A stretch of DNA of 57,289 nt, the filler included, from Sphacelaria rigidula (lineage: Eukaryota): NCBI GenBank assembly GCA_964200075.2. It is 8 parts of 8 records of this genome, joined end to end, with 100 filler letters (N's around TTAATTAATTAA, not from the genome) between each part and the next. Parts side by side here need not be neighbours in the genome. Positions count along the whole stretch, not along the records: positions 1 to 7,074 come from CAXNAA020016623.1; positions 7,175 to 14,248 come from CAXNAA020016624.1; 6 more parts are not named here. The stretch is one strand, 5' to 3'. The position numbers and the translations under genes are program-made. Of the stretch, positions 1-11,980 are shown in pieces (the first letter of the stretch is position 1; every line of letters starts with the position of its first letter). A model generated the notes under the pieces. That model worked only from the letters and a program-made list of their open reading frames with translations. It had not been told where the DNA came from and did not search any database.

Positions 1-70
1 AAAACAACCATTTATTGTGGGAAAAACCTCAGGTGTAAATCCTCAGTTTTCCATCAACGGTTCCAAAAGG

Positions 71-530
71 GTTAAGCTAGGCAACCAGGCTGCCAATTTT
101 TTGGCGCGCTTGCCTTTTTTGGCGGTAACCATGATGGTGCTCCAGCTAGATCATGTTGTGCGGCGTGGGAGAACCTCAACCCCACACAATGGAGATGATC
201 GTACTACGTTGTGTTCAAATGGCGAGACACCCATGAGGCAGTGTATAAGCCGTGGCTATCTCTGGGAGTGGCGATACCAGAAAATGAAGCAACTCTTTGG
301 CGGCGGTCATCCAAATGCGAGATAAATCAGTAGGCTTCGGGCCGAAAAATCTTAGCAGGATGCAGGTCACCCTTCATGCGATTCGCCGAACACACCACGG
401 GGCTTCGCGCTTGGTGACTGAGTGCGAGCCTGGTTCGGCGAACACCCGGCGTGCTCCGTCCCGGCTTTGTAGGGATGCGAGGTCAATGATCTGATGACTG
501 TGGCATGCATGATCATGATTACACCTCCCC
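71..530 (+). mobile_element. SINE-like family A copy (5'-truncated)
   Basis: Homologous to about 12 other copies in the window; ends GGGATGCGAGGTCAATG...CATGATTACAC followed by a C-rich tract. Confidence 0.8.
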
Positions 531-628
531 GCGCCCCTGCCCCCACCCGACCCCCATTATAGTACTCCGTTTTCCTCTTAATTCCTGTTACTTTGCTACT
601 GTCGCTTGTTATGCGGATCATGTTCCAG

Positions 629-716
629 AGCGGATGATGACGATTCGCTTGACCACGATGAGGCGCGGCTTCTTCGGGAGATGATGGAACTCCCCAAGAA
701 CGTCGGCCTGCGAAAG
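629..716 (+). CDS. EHD: EH-domain-containing (EHD/RME-1) dynamin-like ATPase, internal exon (first seen)
   Basis: ttccag|...|gtgcgt splice sites. Encodes ADDDDSLDHDEARLLREMMELPKNVGLRK, which matches the EHD stretch LFEAEEQDLFKDIQSLPRNAALRK, and joins the next exon in phase 0. Confidence 0.8.
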
Positions 717-1974
717 GTGCGTACGTAGCAGCAGCAGCAGCAACAGCAGCCGCAGCAGCCGCAGCTCAATAAACAAAGGCTTTTTTGTATGCGTTACTTC
801 TGCTGCGTGCAAGATACAGAAAAGTGAGGATCCTCCGTCATGAGTGAAGTATGGAAGATATGAGCTCAGTGACGGAAGGCACGGGGCATAATGAAGTTGC
901 GTAAAAGATGGAAAAGGGTTGTGTATATCGATATTGCCCCTTTTGGTGTTGGCCGTGGAAAAGTGTGGATTCCGTGGTGCTGCTTTTGAATGGCATGTGG
1001 TTGAGTATTTACAGCCTTCACGTAAAACTATTAGCCCGACCCGTGTTTTTCAGACCCGTATCAAAATGTGCCCCAGTGCAGCACGGCACTCCGTATATAG
1101 AAAATAAACAGGTGGTGCTGATTTTTGTTTGTATGTACTTGAGGCACCTAATTGCTGATTTTGGCTGTGAGCACAAACTTGAACAAACTTGACCTGTTGC
1201 GTCCCTCACTAGACAAAACTAATCTGACTGTATCGGGGTGAATGTTTTGGTGCGCGTATGACGTATGCTGGTTGATTCTTCGGTGGCCTCATGCCGTGAA
1301 AATGGCTACCGTGGGTATTTCCTGATCCCATGTTGTCTTGTGTGTCGGGGCTTTCGAAATAATGAGGCGTCTGGCCCGGGGACGGGAGGGGAGGATTCCC
1401 ATAGGGTTAACATACCGTACAAGGACACGTCTCAGTCGTGCCCCTATTGATTGCTGTACAACTTCCGAATATCAGTGTTCTGGTCGATGGTTGAAAACCT
1501 TCAAGTTTTTGTCAAATGTGTTGTATCTTTCATTACCTGCGGTATGTTTCGAGGCAGTGTTTGATGTGGTATTGTAGCACATTTCACGACATGAAACAGC
1601 TTTGTTACTCGCCATGTATACGTGGCGTCCATTTTTTTTCAGGCCTTGTAAAAAGGCGCATTTTATTTCCATGGATCAAAATCTGCAGCGGTTACATCCG
1701 TTCTCCCTTTGTGTTTTAACAGAGTTCATCATACGTTGTAGTTTCACAAAAAAAAAATTCCCTTTTATGTCATGTGTGTGCTTTTTCTCTCACCAAGTGG
1801 TGTTGTGTATCTTGATCATTTTGTCTACCAGTTCGTGTTTTTTTCTTTTTTCTTCCATTTTTCAATGTTGGTGTTTTTTTTTCCTTTCCTTTCCCATGTC
1901 TTTTCTCGTCACGTGTTTGTATTGTTTTTTTTTGCTTTTTTTTTTCATCCTTTTTCTTTTGTTTTTTTTTCCAG

Positions 1975-2079
1975 ATCAACGACATGATCCAGCGGGCCAA
2001 GCTGGTAAAGATACACCTCCACATCATGTTTGCTATTACGGACCGCATGCCTAGGCTATGGGGCAAGGAAGCGGCGCAG
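1975..2079 (+). CDS. EHD: EHD/RME-1 family protein, internal exon
   Basis: Long pyrimidine tract plus ccag acceptor, gtaaga donor. INDMIQRAKLVKIHLHIMFAITDRMPRLWGKEAAQ matches the EHD motif LNDLIKRARLAKVHAYIISSLKKEMPxVFGKE. Confidence 0.88.
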
Positions 2080-2230
2080 GTAAGAGCTAGAATACACAAA
2101 CATACTCAGACGCGCAAACACACCGACCCTTTTTTTCTCTTCATTCTTCATTTTTTTTCTTCCTTTTTTTCGAACATCCAAGGTGATGAAAGTAAATAAA
2201 TTGCTAGGTTTTTGTCTACACTGAGGAGAG

Positions 2231-2282
2231 ATGGGTTGATCCCTTGAGACCACGGACTCATCCCGAGGAAGGGGAGGGGTTC
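2231..2282 (+). repeat. Short dispersed repeat; reverse-complement copy at 35317-35368
   Basis: ATGGGTTGATCCCTTGAGACCACGGACTC is present in both contigs in opposite orientation. Confidence 0.65.
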
Positions 2283-2860
2283 AAAGTGTGAGGGAAAAAA
2301 AACCCGAAGGCGTCAGGGTTACCCGAAAAAGCTCTAGCTACTGTATTGTTTTCCTCCTTTTCTGGGATACGAATTGCACTCGTATGGATATGTCTATATC
2401 CTCTGAGGGTCGTGCATATGTATATATATATCTAGGATATATAGCCTACATTCCTGAAGGTAAGAATATAAATACTTTCGAGCCATTCTCCAGTGGAACT
2501 TTTTTTTTTATTTGAAGGAAGGAGGAAACCTGACCCATCACTTACCCCGCAAGGGGGTTCATGTGCCGATTACCGGAAGACTCGGCTAAACTGTCTCGCG
2601 GCAGTCATGTGGGGTAGGCGCCTGCAGGGTTCGCAAGCTTTGCTCAAGGCAGTTCGGGGTTTGAGCCCACGAAAACTCCCTGTCAACATTGCGCAGCAGT
2701 GTACGCACCGCCGTACTCTCATGAGCTTCGGCCTCTGCGGTATGTGCGCTGAATGCATACTCTACGGTGAGTGGACGTGTGTAAGCTATCCTTATCTCAA
2801 CTGTAAGACCCAGAGCAATACGCATGCATGATGTTTTTTTTTTTTCAAGGTTATGTCCTT

Positions 2861-3173
2861 CAGGGTTCCGGTATGTTCGGTAGAGTATAAAAATATTTTA
2901 GAACTTGAAAAAACTGTGGAGTACGTGTATGGTAGGCTTACGGAACGTCCAGAGCCTGCCGGGTACGGTATGGAAGTTGTTCAGAAACCCTTACCCGCAA
3001 CCGGGTATTTCTATGAGGGTTTTCCCGTGCCCTGGGCAAGGGTAAATACTTGGTACAGATCTTACACATCTGTCGGGTACGGGTACTGGAGGCTTCCAAA
3101 ACCCACAGAACCTGTCGGGTGGCGGTAATACACGGGTAAATACTCCGCGTATACGGAAAAAAATCGTACCCTG
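2861..3173. mobile_element. Putative non-autonomous TIR element with CAGGGT...ACCCTG ends and internal CGGGTA motifs
   Basis: Imperfect 10-bp TIR (CAGGGTTCCG vs TCGTACCCTG) and repeated GGGTAC/CGGGTA motifs; no clear TSD. Confidence 0.45.
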
Positions 3174-4439
3174 CAGAAGACAAGCTTGTGCATATTCATT
3201 TGGTACATCAAACGTGCCGGTATATACTTGCACTGTAGGCCCAACACATCGGGTCCATCCGAAATTAAGTATGGCGACCTGCATACACTATGAAGTGTGC
3301 TTTTGTTCTAGACGCACCCATTCTTCATTCTAGTGTTCGTCAACCTACTGTACTTACTGTACTGTACCGTATTACACACGCTGTTGTACCATTCTCAAGT
3401 TCATGGAACTCGCTGGAAAATGACCATTCTTGCGTATCCCCACCCCCCTCGACTTTCCGTTCAAATACGCCTCAGGAGGGGAATGATTTGTGGTTGGTCA
3501 GTGGTTTCGCTTGAAGAATGCATCGACACTGTTTTACTTCCCAGTCACAGAAACAACGACTCTTCCTCGTGCGCCAAGACAATCTTGGTCACCATACAGC
3601 GACGACCACGGAGTCGTTTCCTCACGTATTTTTCACCACGTCTCGACGTCCTCAGACTCCCTGTCTTGACCGCTTCTGGCCGCCCTCGAACCAGCCCTTC
3701 GCGCTATCTGCCCGACCCACGCACGCAGTAATCGCGCTGCGTGTTTTGCACGCTATCGGGGCACGCCCGCGGTTGATCAGCCTCCCGCGCTCTCCGCGCG
3801 TGTGATACCACAGCCCGCCCAAGCACTACCTGAAAATATCCTTGGCTCCCTGCTCCAGCCAGCCCCTCTCGTCGTAAGCACGCCTTGAGCTGGTCTTGTT
3901 TTGCTGCAAGCTCACTAGGCCCGCAGATTCATCCCTGGCTTCATGTGTCACCTGTTTAACAGCGAGCCTAATGCAGGTTAATTGCAGAATTTTGTCACTC
4001 AATGACTCCTTCCATGATGAGCACGTGGACTTTATCAGCAGCTGTACTTGCTCATGTATTAACCCCGGCTGTTCATTAAACCGGAGAGCAGCATCCCACT
4101 TGCTCCTCCCGCAGAGTGAGGATTAACCTCATACCATGGAGATGAAATATTCACGGAGTCCACCGATCATATCGGCAGACCCGCGGTCCACCAACCGATC
4201 CTAAACATGCATTTTACACGTTCACTACGTTCGTATACCAAACCTAGATAGCAGTGGTGTTCAGGGTCTACAACGTGCTAAATCTGCGTTCTCACTATGT
4301 GAAGCGTCCGCGTAGCTGGCTAGCCTTGAGCGATGAAATTCTTCGATGGATACTTGTTGGGTCCGCTGTTGAACGGATGAGAACATTCCAAAACAATGGA
4401 CCATCACGTACCGTAGCAGCGCCAATTTTACAAAGATAT

Positions 4440-4610
4440 CACACCCTGGGCAATATATGGTCAATAGATCCAATAGACAAGAAGTGTGCTGCATGAAGTG
4501 TAGGCCTATTTTACCTATTGCCGGCCGACAAATAGTCGCAATAGATCTACACTTTATGCAGTACGTTTCTTGTCTATTGCAACTATTGAGCATATATTGT
4601 CCAAGGTGTG
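4440..4610. mobile_element. hAT-type palindromic MITE (171 bp)
   Basis: Long TIR CACACCCTGG...CCAAGGTGTG, flanked by an 8-bp TSD AAAGATAT/AAAGATAC. Confidence 0.8.
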
Positions 4611-4999
4611 AAAGATACAAATGACCCAAAATCATTTTGTTCCAACGACTCCAGCGGAAATAGTCATTTTCCAGCGATCGTCTGTTGTGTCTCGATTTAC
4701 ATGTAGGAAGGATGTTGCAGTAAAAAGTCCCGAAATCGTCGCCAACACCCAAAGTGCATGTTTCCCGACGTCTATTTCAACGACTCGCCGCAGGGACCAC
4801 ACCGTGACTCTTTTGACTGTAATGGAAATTATCCACGGTTAGGACGAGTCGTTGACATACATGTGGTATTTTTGTTCATGGCATAATAAAAGAGTTAAAG
4901 AATGAATGGTTTGTATCACAGAATCGTGTGTTTGGGCTCTTCACATCATTTCTGTTGTGACCTGCTATGTTTCTTGTCGAGGGATGTTCTTCCTCGTGC

Positions 5000-5900
5000 T
5001 CGCTGTGTGATCCAATACTTGATATCTACGCAAACTGTGCGTGACGTTTGATACCGCTGTTGATCTATACAACGTATTTACATACATAACGTGTGATGGG
5101 GCTCTTGATCTACACAACGTATGTACATGATGTGTGATGCGGCTCTTGATCTACACAACGTATGTACGTAATGTGTGATACCGCTTTTGATATCTACCTG
5201 ACGTATGCGCATGGCGTGTGATGCGTCTTTTCGTCTACACAGTATGTACATATCGTGTGATAGGACTCTTGATATCTACACAACGTACGTATGTACATGT
5301 GATACCGCTCTTGATCTACACAACATGTGCGCATCGCGTGATTCGGCTTTTGATCTATGCATTATGTACATCACGTGTGATACGACTCGTGATATCTACT
5401 GACCGTATGTACGTGACGTGTGATACGGCGCTTGATCTACACATTATGTACACAACGTGTGAGACGACTCTTGATATCTACCACACCCTGGACAATATAT
5501 GGTCAATACTTGCAATACACAATAAACGTGCTGCATAAAGTGTAGGCCTATTGCAAGTATTGCCGGCCGACAATAGTCGCAATATGCCTATACTTTATGC
5601 AGTACGTTTATTGTGAATTGCAAGTATTGACCACATATTGTCCAGGGTGTGATATCTACTCAACATATGTACATATCGTGTGATACGGCGCTTGATCTAC
5701 ACAGTATGTACATCGTTTGATACCGCTCTGTGATACGACCATTGATCTATACAGCGTATGTACATCGTTTGATACCGCTCTATGATACGACCGTTGATCT
5801 ACACAACGTATGTAAATAATGTGGGATACGATTCATGATATCTACACACCGCATGTACAGAAGGCGGGATACGACCCTCGATTTACACATCGTATGTATG
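5000..5900. repeat. Degenerate ~40-bp minisatellite (GTGTGATACGGCTCTTGATCTACACAACGTATGTACAT-like)
   Basis: Unit starts at 5091, 5132, 5173, 5216, 5255 and onward; lies in an EHD intron. Confidence 0.85.
5482..5651. mobile_element. hAT-type palindromic MITE (170 bp) inserted in the minisatellite; a partial third copy ends near 6683
   Basis: TIR CACACCCTGGACAATAT...ATATTGTCCAGGGTGTG with a perfect 8-bp TSD ATATCTAC on both sides. Confidence 0.88.
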
Positions 5901-6272
5901 TACGTCCGTATTTGATTTAGTTTTTAGTTTTTAGTTGTCCCTGATCAGAGCTGGGAAGAAGATTTTCATGCATTCAGATTCCTTCCTTCGATTAACCAAT
6001 CAGACACGTACCCACCGGTTATTACCCCAAACATCCGTCCGTTCAGAAAGTCTTCCTTTGGTCATGCTCCACCAAGGGAAGAGACACCTTGGGGTGGTGT
6101 GGTACTTCTCACCCGCTGAAACACCCCTATTTTCTCGCCCCCCAAGATCGGTCCAACACAGCGGCCAACCCTCCACATTTGGAGCTTCAATGATTTGACG
6201 GCATGTGCATATTTTTTTACACGCTGCGGTCTCTTCTTGCGGATTGATTTACCCCCGAACGGTTTTCCTTAG

Positions 6273-6359
6273 GAGCGTATCATGGACTCGCTAGAGGAGA
6301 TATTCGCCCAGGTGCAAACCGAGGCCAAGGTGTCCGAGGCGGACATGCCAGATGTCGAT
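6273..6359 (+). CDS. EHD: EHD/RME-1 family protein, internal exon
   Basis: ccttag|...|gtgagt. ERIMDSLEEIFAQVQTEAKVSEADMPDVD corresponds to EHD ELVNNLGEIYQKIEREHQISPGDFP. Phase 0/0. Confidence 0.85.
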
Positions 6360-6392
6360 GTGAGTGGTGTGGCACTACTGTAGAGTACGTGC

Positions 6393-6434
<42 letters not shown>

Positions 6435-6444
6435 AAGTAGTAGT
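6393..6444. repeat. (TAG)n microsatellite
   Basis: Read directly from the sequence. Confidence 0.95.
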
Positions 6445-6910
6445 GGCCTCTCGGAAGTATAGGTCGAAATTCGAGTGCTTAGGGCTTTGGTTCTGCTTTG
6501 GGCTTTGGTTCTGAACATTGCTCGTTACTTGTGAGTCAGGAGGTGCAGACTACGGACATGTGCGGCATGCGTTGCGGCAGTATTTTAGATATCAAGAAGC
6601 TTGTTGCAATAGGTCTATACCTTACGCAGTACGATTCTTTCCGTTATAACTATTGACCTCATATTGTCATTGTTCAGGGTGTGGAATACATAGATTTACA
6701 GATTTATAGATTTATAGGTTCATAGATTTACATATATTCGTGCGTTTGTGTATCTGTGGGCTGAATATGTGGACTTTTCTGGGTCTTTCGCGTCACCGAA
6801 AAAGGCGGCGCTAGTGCAGTATCATAAACGCCTGGTGCTGATGATGGGTTTGGAACATGGTATTTTGTGTTTGTGTTTGCTTTGCGTTGCTTTTGTTTTG
6901 TTTTGGACAG

Positions 6911-7003
6911 GAGTACCGACAAGGTCTGGGGCGTTTGGACTTCAAGCACCTTCCGAGGCGGAGCCGCCGCCTGCTGCTCACCCTGGACGATATCATAGAG
7001 CGG
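6911..7003 (+). CDS. EHD: EHD/RME-1 family protein, internal exon (gene continues beyond contig end)
   Basis: ggacag|...|gtgagt. EYRQGLGRLDFKHLPRRSRRLLLTLDDIIER corresponds to EHD MQELLQTQDFSKFQALKPKLLDTVDDML. Phase 0/0. Confidence 0.82.
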
Positions 7004-7074
7004 GTGAGTCGCGACACACTTCACTCACTGTGGAGTGGTGAGCGTTGTCGTTGCTATTGTTGTTGTTGTCGTTG

Positions 7075-7174
7075 NNNNNNNNNNNNNNNNNNNNNNNNNN
7101 NNNNNNNNNNNNNNNNNNTTAATTAATTAANNNNNNNNNNNNNNNNNNNNNNNNNNNNNNNNNNNNNNNNNNNN
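7075..7174. other. Artificial contig spacer (N44-TTAATTAATTAA-N44); identical spacers at 14249-14348, 21423-21522, 28597-28696, 35771-35870, 42944-43043, 50117-50216
   Basis: Seven identical 100-bp spacers carry a six-frame stop linker. The segments between them are 7074,7074,7074,7074,7074,7073,7073,7073 bp. Confidence 0.98.
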
Positions 7175-7590
7175 CTCTCCCGGCTTTGTGGGGATGCGAG
7201 GTCACTGGTCTCATGACTATGGCATGCATGATCATGAGTACACCCCCCCTCCTCCTCCTCCTGTCATCCCCGCTTTGTAGCGATACGAGGTCAATGATCT
7301 TATGACTATTATGGCATGCATGATCATGAGTACACCCCCCCCCGCCCCTATTCTCATGAACATCTTTGCTTCGACCAACCGATCGAAGCCCCTTTGTCTC
7401 AGGTTATGTGTCGTACACACACCCGTGTGTTCGATATAAGCCACCTCGAATGCGATAACGAACACTTTATCGATTGATCCTACGATGGTGGGTGTACTCA
7501 TGATCATGCATGCCATAGTCATACGGCCATTGACCTCGAATCCCTACAAAGCCGGGACGGAGCACGCCCGGTTTTCACCGGACCACGCTC
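7175..7590. mobile_element. Cluster of SINE-A 3' ends (two + copies at 7175-7347, one - copy at 7488-7590)
   Basis: Repeated GGGATGCGAGGTCA...GGCATGCATGATCATGAGTACACCCC tails. Confidence 0.75.
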
Positions 7591-7799
7591 GCGGGGGGGG
7601 TCGATTCCAAGACCTGACATGCTCGCTGTGCGCTTGTATTTGGGTGAAAACAGTGAGAAGCAGTATCGATCGATTGAATGACAACGGTGTTAAGCAGTAT
7701 GAACGAATGTTATTCATCGGTGACAACCGCGTTCGAATATCTCTTGCTGCTCTCGTGAAAGAAATGACCCCGACTACCCCCCCCCCCCCCCCCCCCGAT

Positions 7800-7870
7800 G
7801 CTGCGTCTCGAAAGGGATGCGTGGTCAATGGTCAGACGACTAAGGCAAGCAACACATGAGAACGCCCCCC
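7800..7870 (+). mobile_element. LINE 3' tail fragment (family B)
   Basis: CGTCTCGAAAGGGATGCGTGGTCAATGGTCAGACGACTAAGGCAAGCAACACATGA, encoding SRKGCVVNGQTTKASNT*, flanked by C-runs. Confidence 0.75.
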
Positions 7871-7961
7871 ATCGGTGGATGACTCTCTAGTTTTACGTTC
7901 TAGTTCCTACAATGACGGACAACGCAGCCAAGGCATCCCGAGCAAACTTCGGAGCCCTCAC

Positions 7962-8082
7962 CTGTAGCAAAAAATATGCCGTGTCGACAATAGTCCGTCG
8001 ATCGAATAACATCCGACAAAGTTCCACCAGCATCTTCAAAAATCGGCCATTTGACGAAATCGGCGCATTGTCCGTGACTTAC
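7962..8082 (-). CDS. Candidate exon of unknown protein (VSHGQCADFVKWPIFEDAGGTLSDVIRSTDYCRHGIFFAT)
   Basis: gtgtag acceptor, CAG|gtgagg donor; phase-compatible with exon 8841-8942. Confidence 0.3.
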
Positions 8083-8840
8083 CTACACCACAGACGTGTG
8101 ATGAAGTCCCCATTAATACTTGGCCGGATGTAATCGCATTAAAGGATGAAACTCGACACATTGACACCACGGGTAAGGGCTTCAACCATTGTCCAGGGCA
8201 CGTTAACTGACTATGATCAGTCAACCCTCAAGACCAAACTTACAGGAACTAAGATGTACTGTCCAGAATCTTAGGGAAAAGAGGGGGGTGGGGGGGTGGT
8301 GGTGAGGATATGGTCAACACCAATATGATGTTAACAGCAATCACTCGACTGTAGTGCTGAGACAAAAAAAAGACAACAATAATGATCTTGTATTGAACAC
8401 AAAAGTACGCAAGATCAAACGGCAACGGCAAAAACGAGAGTTACAGCAGAACGAGCAACTCAACCACTATAACCCATGACGATCAAGTGAGTGTTGAAAA
8501 ACAAAGATACGCACTAATAAAACCACAACCGCAAAATGGCAATAACAGCCTGTTGAACGACTCAGCCACTAACGATAACTGATAATATTATAACGGGAAA
8601 AAACAAAAAAACAAAATGCCGCCTTGATATCTTATTTTGCTGACAGAGGCATATATCGAAATTGGATACGAGAAACACATCACCCATGACAGCCATAATG
8701 ACGCTATCAACCTCTATTCCCATGCCCGAGGGAAGATCGAAGGTATGTCCTGCAGCTCCCTGTCTTTCTGTCCGCACTAGTCGGTACAGCCGTCCGCCCT
8801 CCGGGGGTACACGGTATCCCGTGCAAAGTAGGATACTCAC

Positions 8841-8942
8841 CTCAAACAACATTGTATTTACACAAGAAATACCACTCAAGTCTAAGGCACAGTCCTTCGC
8901 TTGTTTCACCGGATCGCAGAGTATCCGTACAGTATTTTCCTC
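8841..8942 (-). CDS. Candidate exon of unknown protein (EENTVRILCDPVKQAKDCALDLSGISCVNTMLFE)
   Basis: atttag acceptor, GAG|gtgagt donor, open phase 0/0; no recognisable domain. Confidence 0.35.
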
Positions 8943-9494
8943 CTAAATAGCAACTTTACCTGTCTCTCTACAAAGACTAGGTAAGTAGAACATGACACCA
9001 CTTCGCGAACAACAACTCATACGCATAATTATCGTGATCACACACTACAGCTTTGACGTTTGGCATGCAATCGTCGCACACGAATCGCTGCCCGCCGCCC
9101 ATTCATAGCACACGCAGCCGACGCCCCTACATATTGTGACGGTATAGTGCGGTGGGCAGTCAGTAGACCGCAGTGCAGACAGCACAGTAAGGGTACAGCT
9201 CAACAATACATTACATTTCAACACCCTCAAGGATCGAGACATGATCCTAACCTTTTCAATAGTCGACCGTTTCACAAAAGACATCGATAACGCCTCAATA
9301 CCTAGGGACAAAAACCACCAAGGCGACGAGTGCACACCACCACCCCGCCACAACAACACACCACTTAACTCGGAGGGATTGCGAAATTGAAGGAAGGGGG
9401 CGAGGGATTATCCGTCCTCCCTGACACCGTGATTTCAACCCTGGTTCATTCCATTACTCTCATTCCTACCCCTATCCTGTACTACAGGGGAGAT

Positions 9495-9640
9495 GGGGGC
9501 GTACTCATTTGTTGCTTGCCTTAGTCGTTTGACCATTGACCACGCATCCCTTTCGAGACGGAGCAGGGGGGGGCGTACTCATTTGTTTCTTGCCTTAGTA
9601 GTTTGACCACTGACCACGCATCCCTTTCGAGACGGAGCAC
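9495..9640 (-). mobile_element. Two tandem LINE (family B) 3' tails
   Basis: GGGGGCGTACTCATTTGTTGCTTGCCTTAGTCGTTTGACCATTGACCACGCATCCCTTTCGAGACGGAGC occurs twice. Confidence 0.8.
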
Positions 9641-10571
9641 ACAGGAAGAGAGGGGAGTCTTCCAGGAAAGTTTGATCCCTTGTACGACAGAAGCAAGTTG
9701 GAGCATCTCTGCAAGCAACACATTATTCCATTCGAATACACTTCTCGCTATTCACATACAAGCAGCACGCCGCATTTCCTATGTATGAGGCCGTGTAACA
9801 CATCCATGACTCCTCTTCTTTCGAGCGATGAACCCCTCCCCCCCCCCCCCTCCCCCCCCCTCCGACCCTTCGTAGTATCACTTCTCCCGGTTTGGCTAGG
9901 ATCGCCGTACCTTGATGTACCCTGAGTTTCCGCCGCATTTGCAGTATCGAGTACGATGAGACCCCTGCGGTATCCACTACCAAAAGCATCGGATACTCCA
10001 GCGGATACACTTCACCAGGGGGTATCGACTGAAGAAGGTACCACGTATTCCAGAGCACCTGAAATCCTGATGCGTACCCTACCTGCACTGCGGTGCCGAT
10101 ATCACCTTTGGACTGTTGCTGCGACACATATAGCGCCGGAAACAAAATGGGAAAAAACAAAAGAAACTCGGGTGACCAAGGGTCGCAAATAAACAACACC
10201 CATGATACGTACCGCACTACGAAACGTTGGTGCATTTTACATTTTGCATATTGCATTTTCCATCAACCCCAACCTCAACCCCAATAATCTCTCAGGAGGT
10301 AGGAGGAACCGTACATTTTACCCCCTTTACCCACTCGCCATATACAATGGTTTATATATCATTTTTGTTTTTGTTTCTCTCGAACCTTGTCCACGTTTCC
10401 TGAAAACGGCAGAGAGGGAAGCTCACGAACAATGAATGCATCGACTGAGGGGGATGGGGGGGGGGGTTGACATCTGTTCGCCGAACACTATGTGCGCACC
10501 CCATACACGGCTTGGAGCTACCGGCAGACGCTGCTTGAGGCTGCGCTGCTTTGTGGGACCCTGCTCGTTCC

Positions 10572-10657
10572 TTACGCTCGCCTCGCCAGCACGAGGTGTG
10601 GCAGCATCAAAGCCGCTGCCGTGGTGGAGATTAGGGCAACCAGGGATGGGCGGGTCT
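10572..10657 (-). CDS. Candidate terminal exon with hydrophobic tail (possible GPI-anchor signal)
   Basis: gcacag acceptor after a pyrimidine tract; phase 1 fits the 13745 donor, giving (E)TRPSLVALISTTAAALMLPHLVLARRA*. Confidence 0.4.
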
Positions 10658-10922
10658 CTGTGCTCGGGAAGAAACAAACGACAAGGGGGCGCACGCGGTG
10701 GGGAGGGGGAATGGGGGGGGGAGAAGCTTCCGTCATACAGAAAATAAAGGGAAATAGCACGACGTAATGTTTCACACAAGAGGTGTACATGTCAGCTTCT
10801 CCCACAAGTCGTACTCCATCATGACTTCATCAACCCCCTTCCCCACGAGACCGTCACCTGGATAATGACCTTAATTCGTTTCACAACTCTCGTACTGTAC
10901 CCAGCACCTTCCTCATCTCTAT

Positions 10923-11425
10923 GGGGGGAGGGAGGGGGGGTGCTTATGATCTTGCATGCCGTATGATGAGATGGTTGACCTCGCATCCCTACAAAGCCGG
11001 GACGGATGACGCCAGGGTTTCGCCGAACCCCGCTCGTGATCAATTACCCAGCTCGAAGCGCCGTGACGTGTTCGGCGAGTCGCATGAAGGGTAAGCTGCA
11101 TCCTGCTAAGATTGTTCGGCCCGAAGCGTACCGATTGTCTTGCATTTGGATGACAACCTCGAATGAATTGCTTCATTTCCTGGCATCGCCACTTCTAGAG
11201 ACAGCCACGGGTTCCACACTGCCTCATGGGTGTCTCACCATTCAAACACTACGTATATGACCATCTCCTTTGGTCGGAGTTGAAGTTCTCCCACCCCGCA
11301 CAATATGATCCAGCTCAACTACCATCATGTGGACATCGAAAAAACGCAAGCGCACAAAACAAAAACAAAAACGATAGCCTGGTCGCCTACCTTACGCAGT
11401 GAGTGGTGTGTCTTACGACGCCAAG
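10923..11425 (-). mobile_element. SINE-like family A, near full-length
   Basis: Reverse complement of 71-530 plus part of the 5' head. Confidence 0.82.
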
Positions 11426-11460
11426 TCTTAAGGGGGAGATAAACGGGCGGGCGGGCGGGC

Positions 11461-11980
11461 GGGGGAGGGGGTAGTCATGATCTTGCATGCCGTCGTCTCA
11501 TGACCGTCGACCTCGTATCCCTACAAAGCCGGGACGTAGCACGCCGGATTTTCGCCGGACCAGGCTCGCAATCAATCACCAAACGCGAAGCGCCGTGATG
11601 TGTTCGGTGAGTCGCATGAAGGGTGAGCTGCATCCTGCCCAAGATTGTTCGGCTCGAAACCTACTGATTAGCTTGCATATAGATATATATAACGGCCTCC
11701 AATGAGTTGCTTCATTTTCTGATATCGCCACTTCCAGAGACAGCCACGGGTTCCACACTGCCCCATGGGCGTCTCAACTTTTGAACACTGCGTAGTATGA
11801 CCATCCTCTTTACGCAAAACCGAGGTCCTAGCACCCCGAATAACATTATTCAGCTCGACCGCCATCATGATTACCGGAAAAAAAAAAAAACGCAAGCGCA
11901 AAAAGAGGGTAGCCTGGTTGCCTAGCTAAAGGAGTAAGTGGCGTCTTCAACAGCGTCGTTGTCAACCGACGCCAACCCCA
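11461..11980 (-). mobile_element. SINE-like family A, full-length
   Basis: Runs from the head GGTTGGCGTCGGTTGACAACGACGCTG to a tail at a G-tract. Confidence 0.85.

Noticed and set aside
17..494. ORFs 17-325 and 297-494 as genes
   Set aside because: They lie within the SINE-like repeat, and the frames are not conserved among copies.
5000..5900. ~40-bp periodic array as a CRISPR array
   Set aside because: The units are tandem and degenerate with no unique spacers, there are no cas genes, and the context is a eukaryotic intron.
7119..7130. TTAATTAATTAA as a piggyBac TTAA site or biological motif
   Set aside because: It is always centred in N44/N44 spacers, so it is a synthetic six-frame stop linker.
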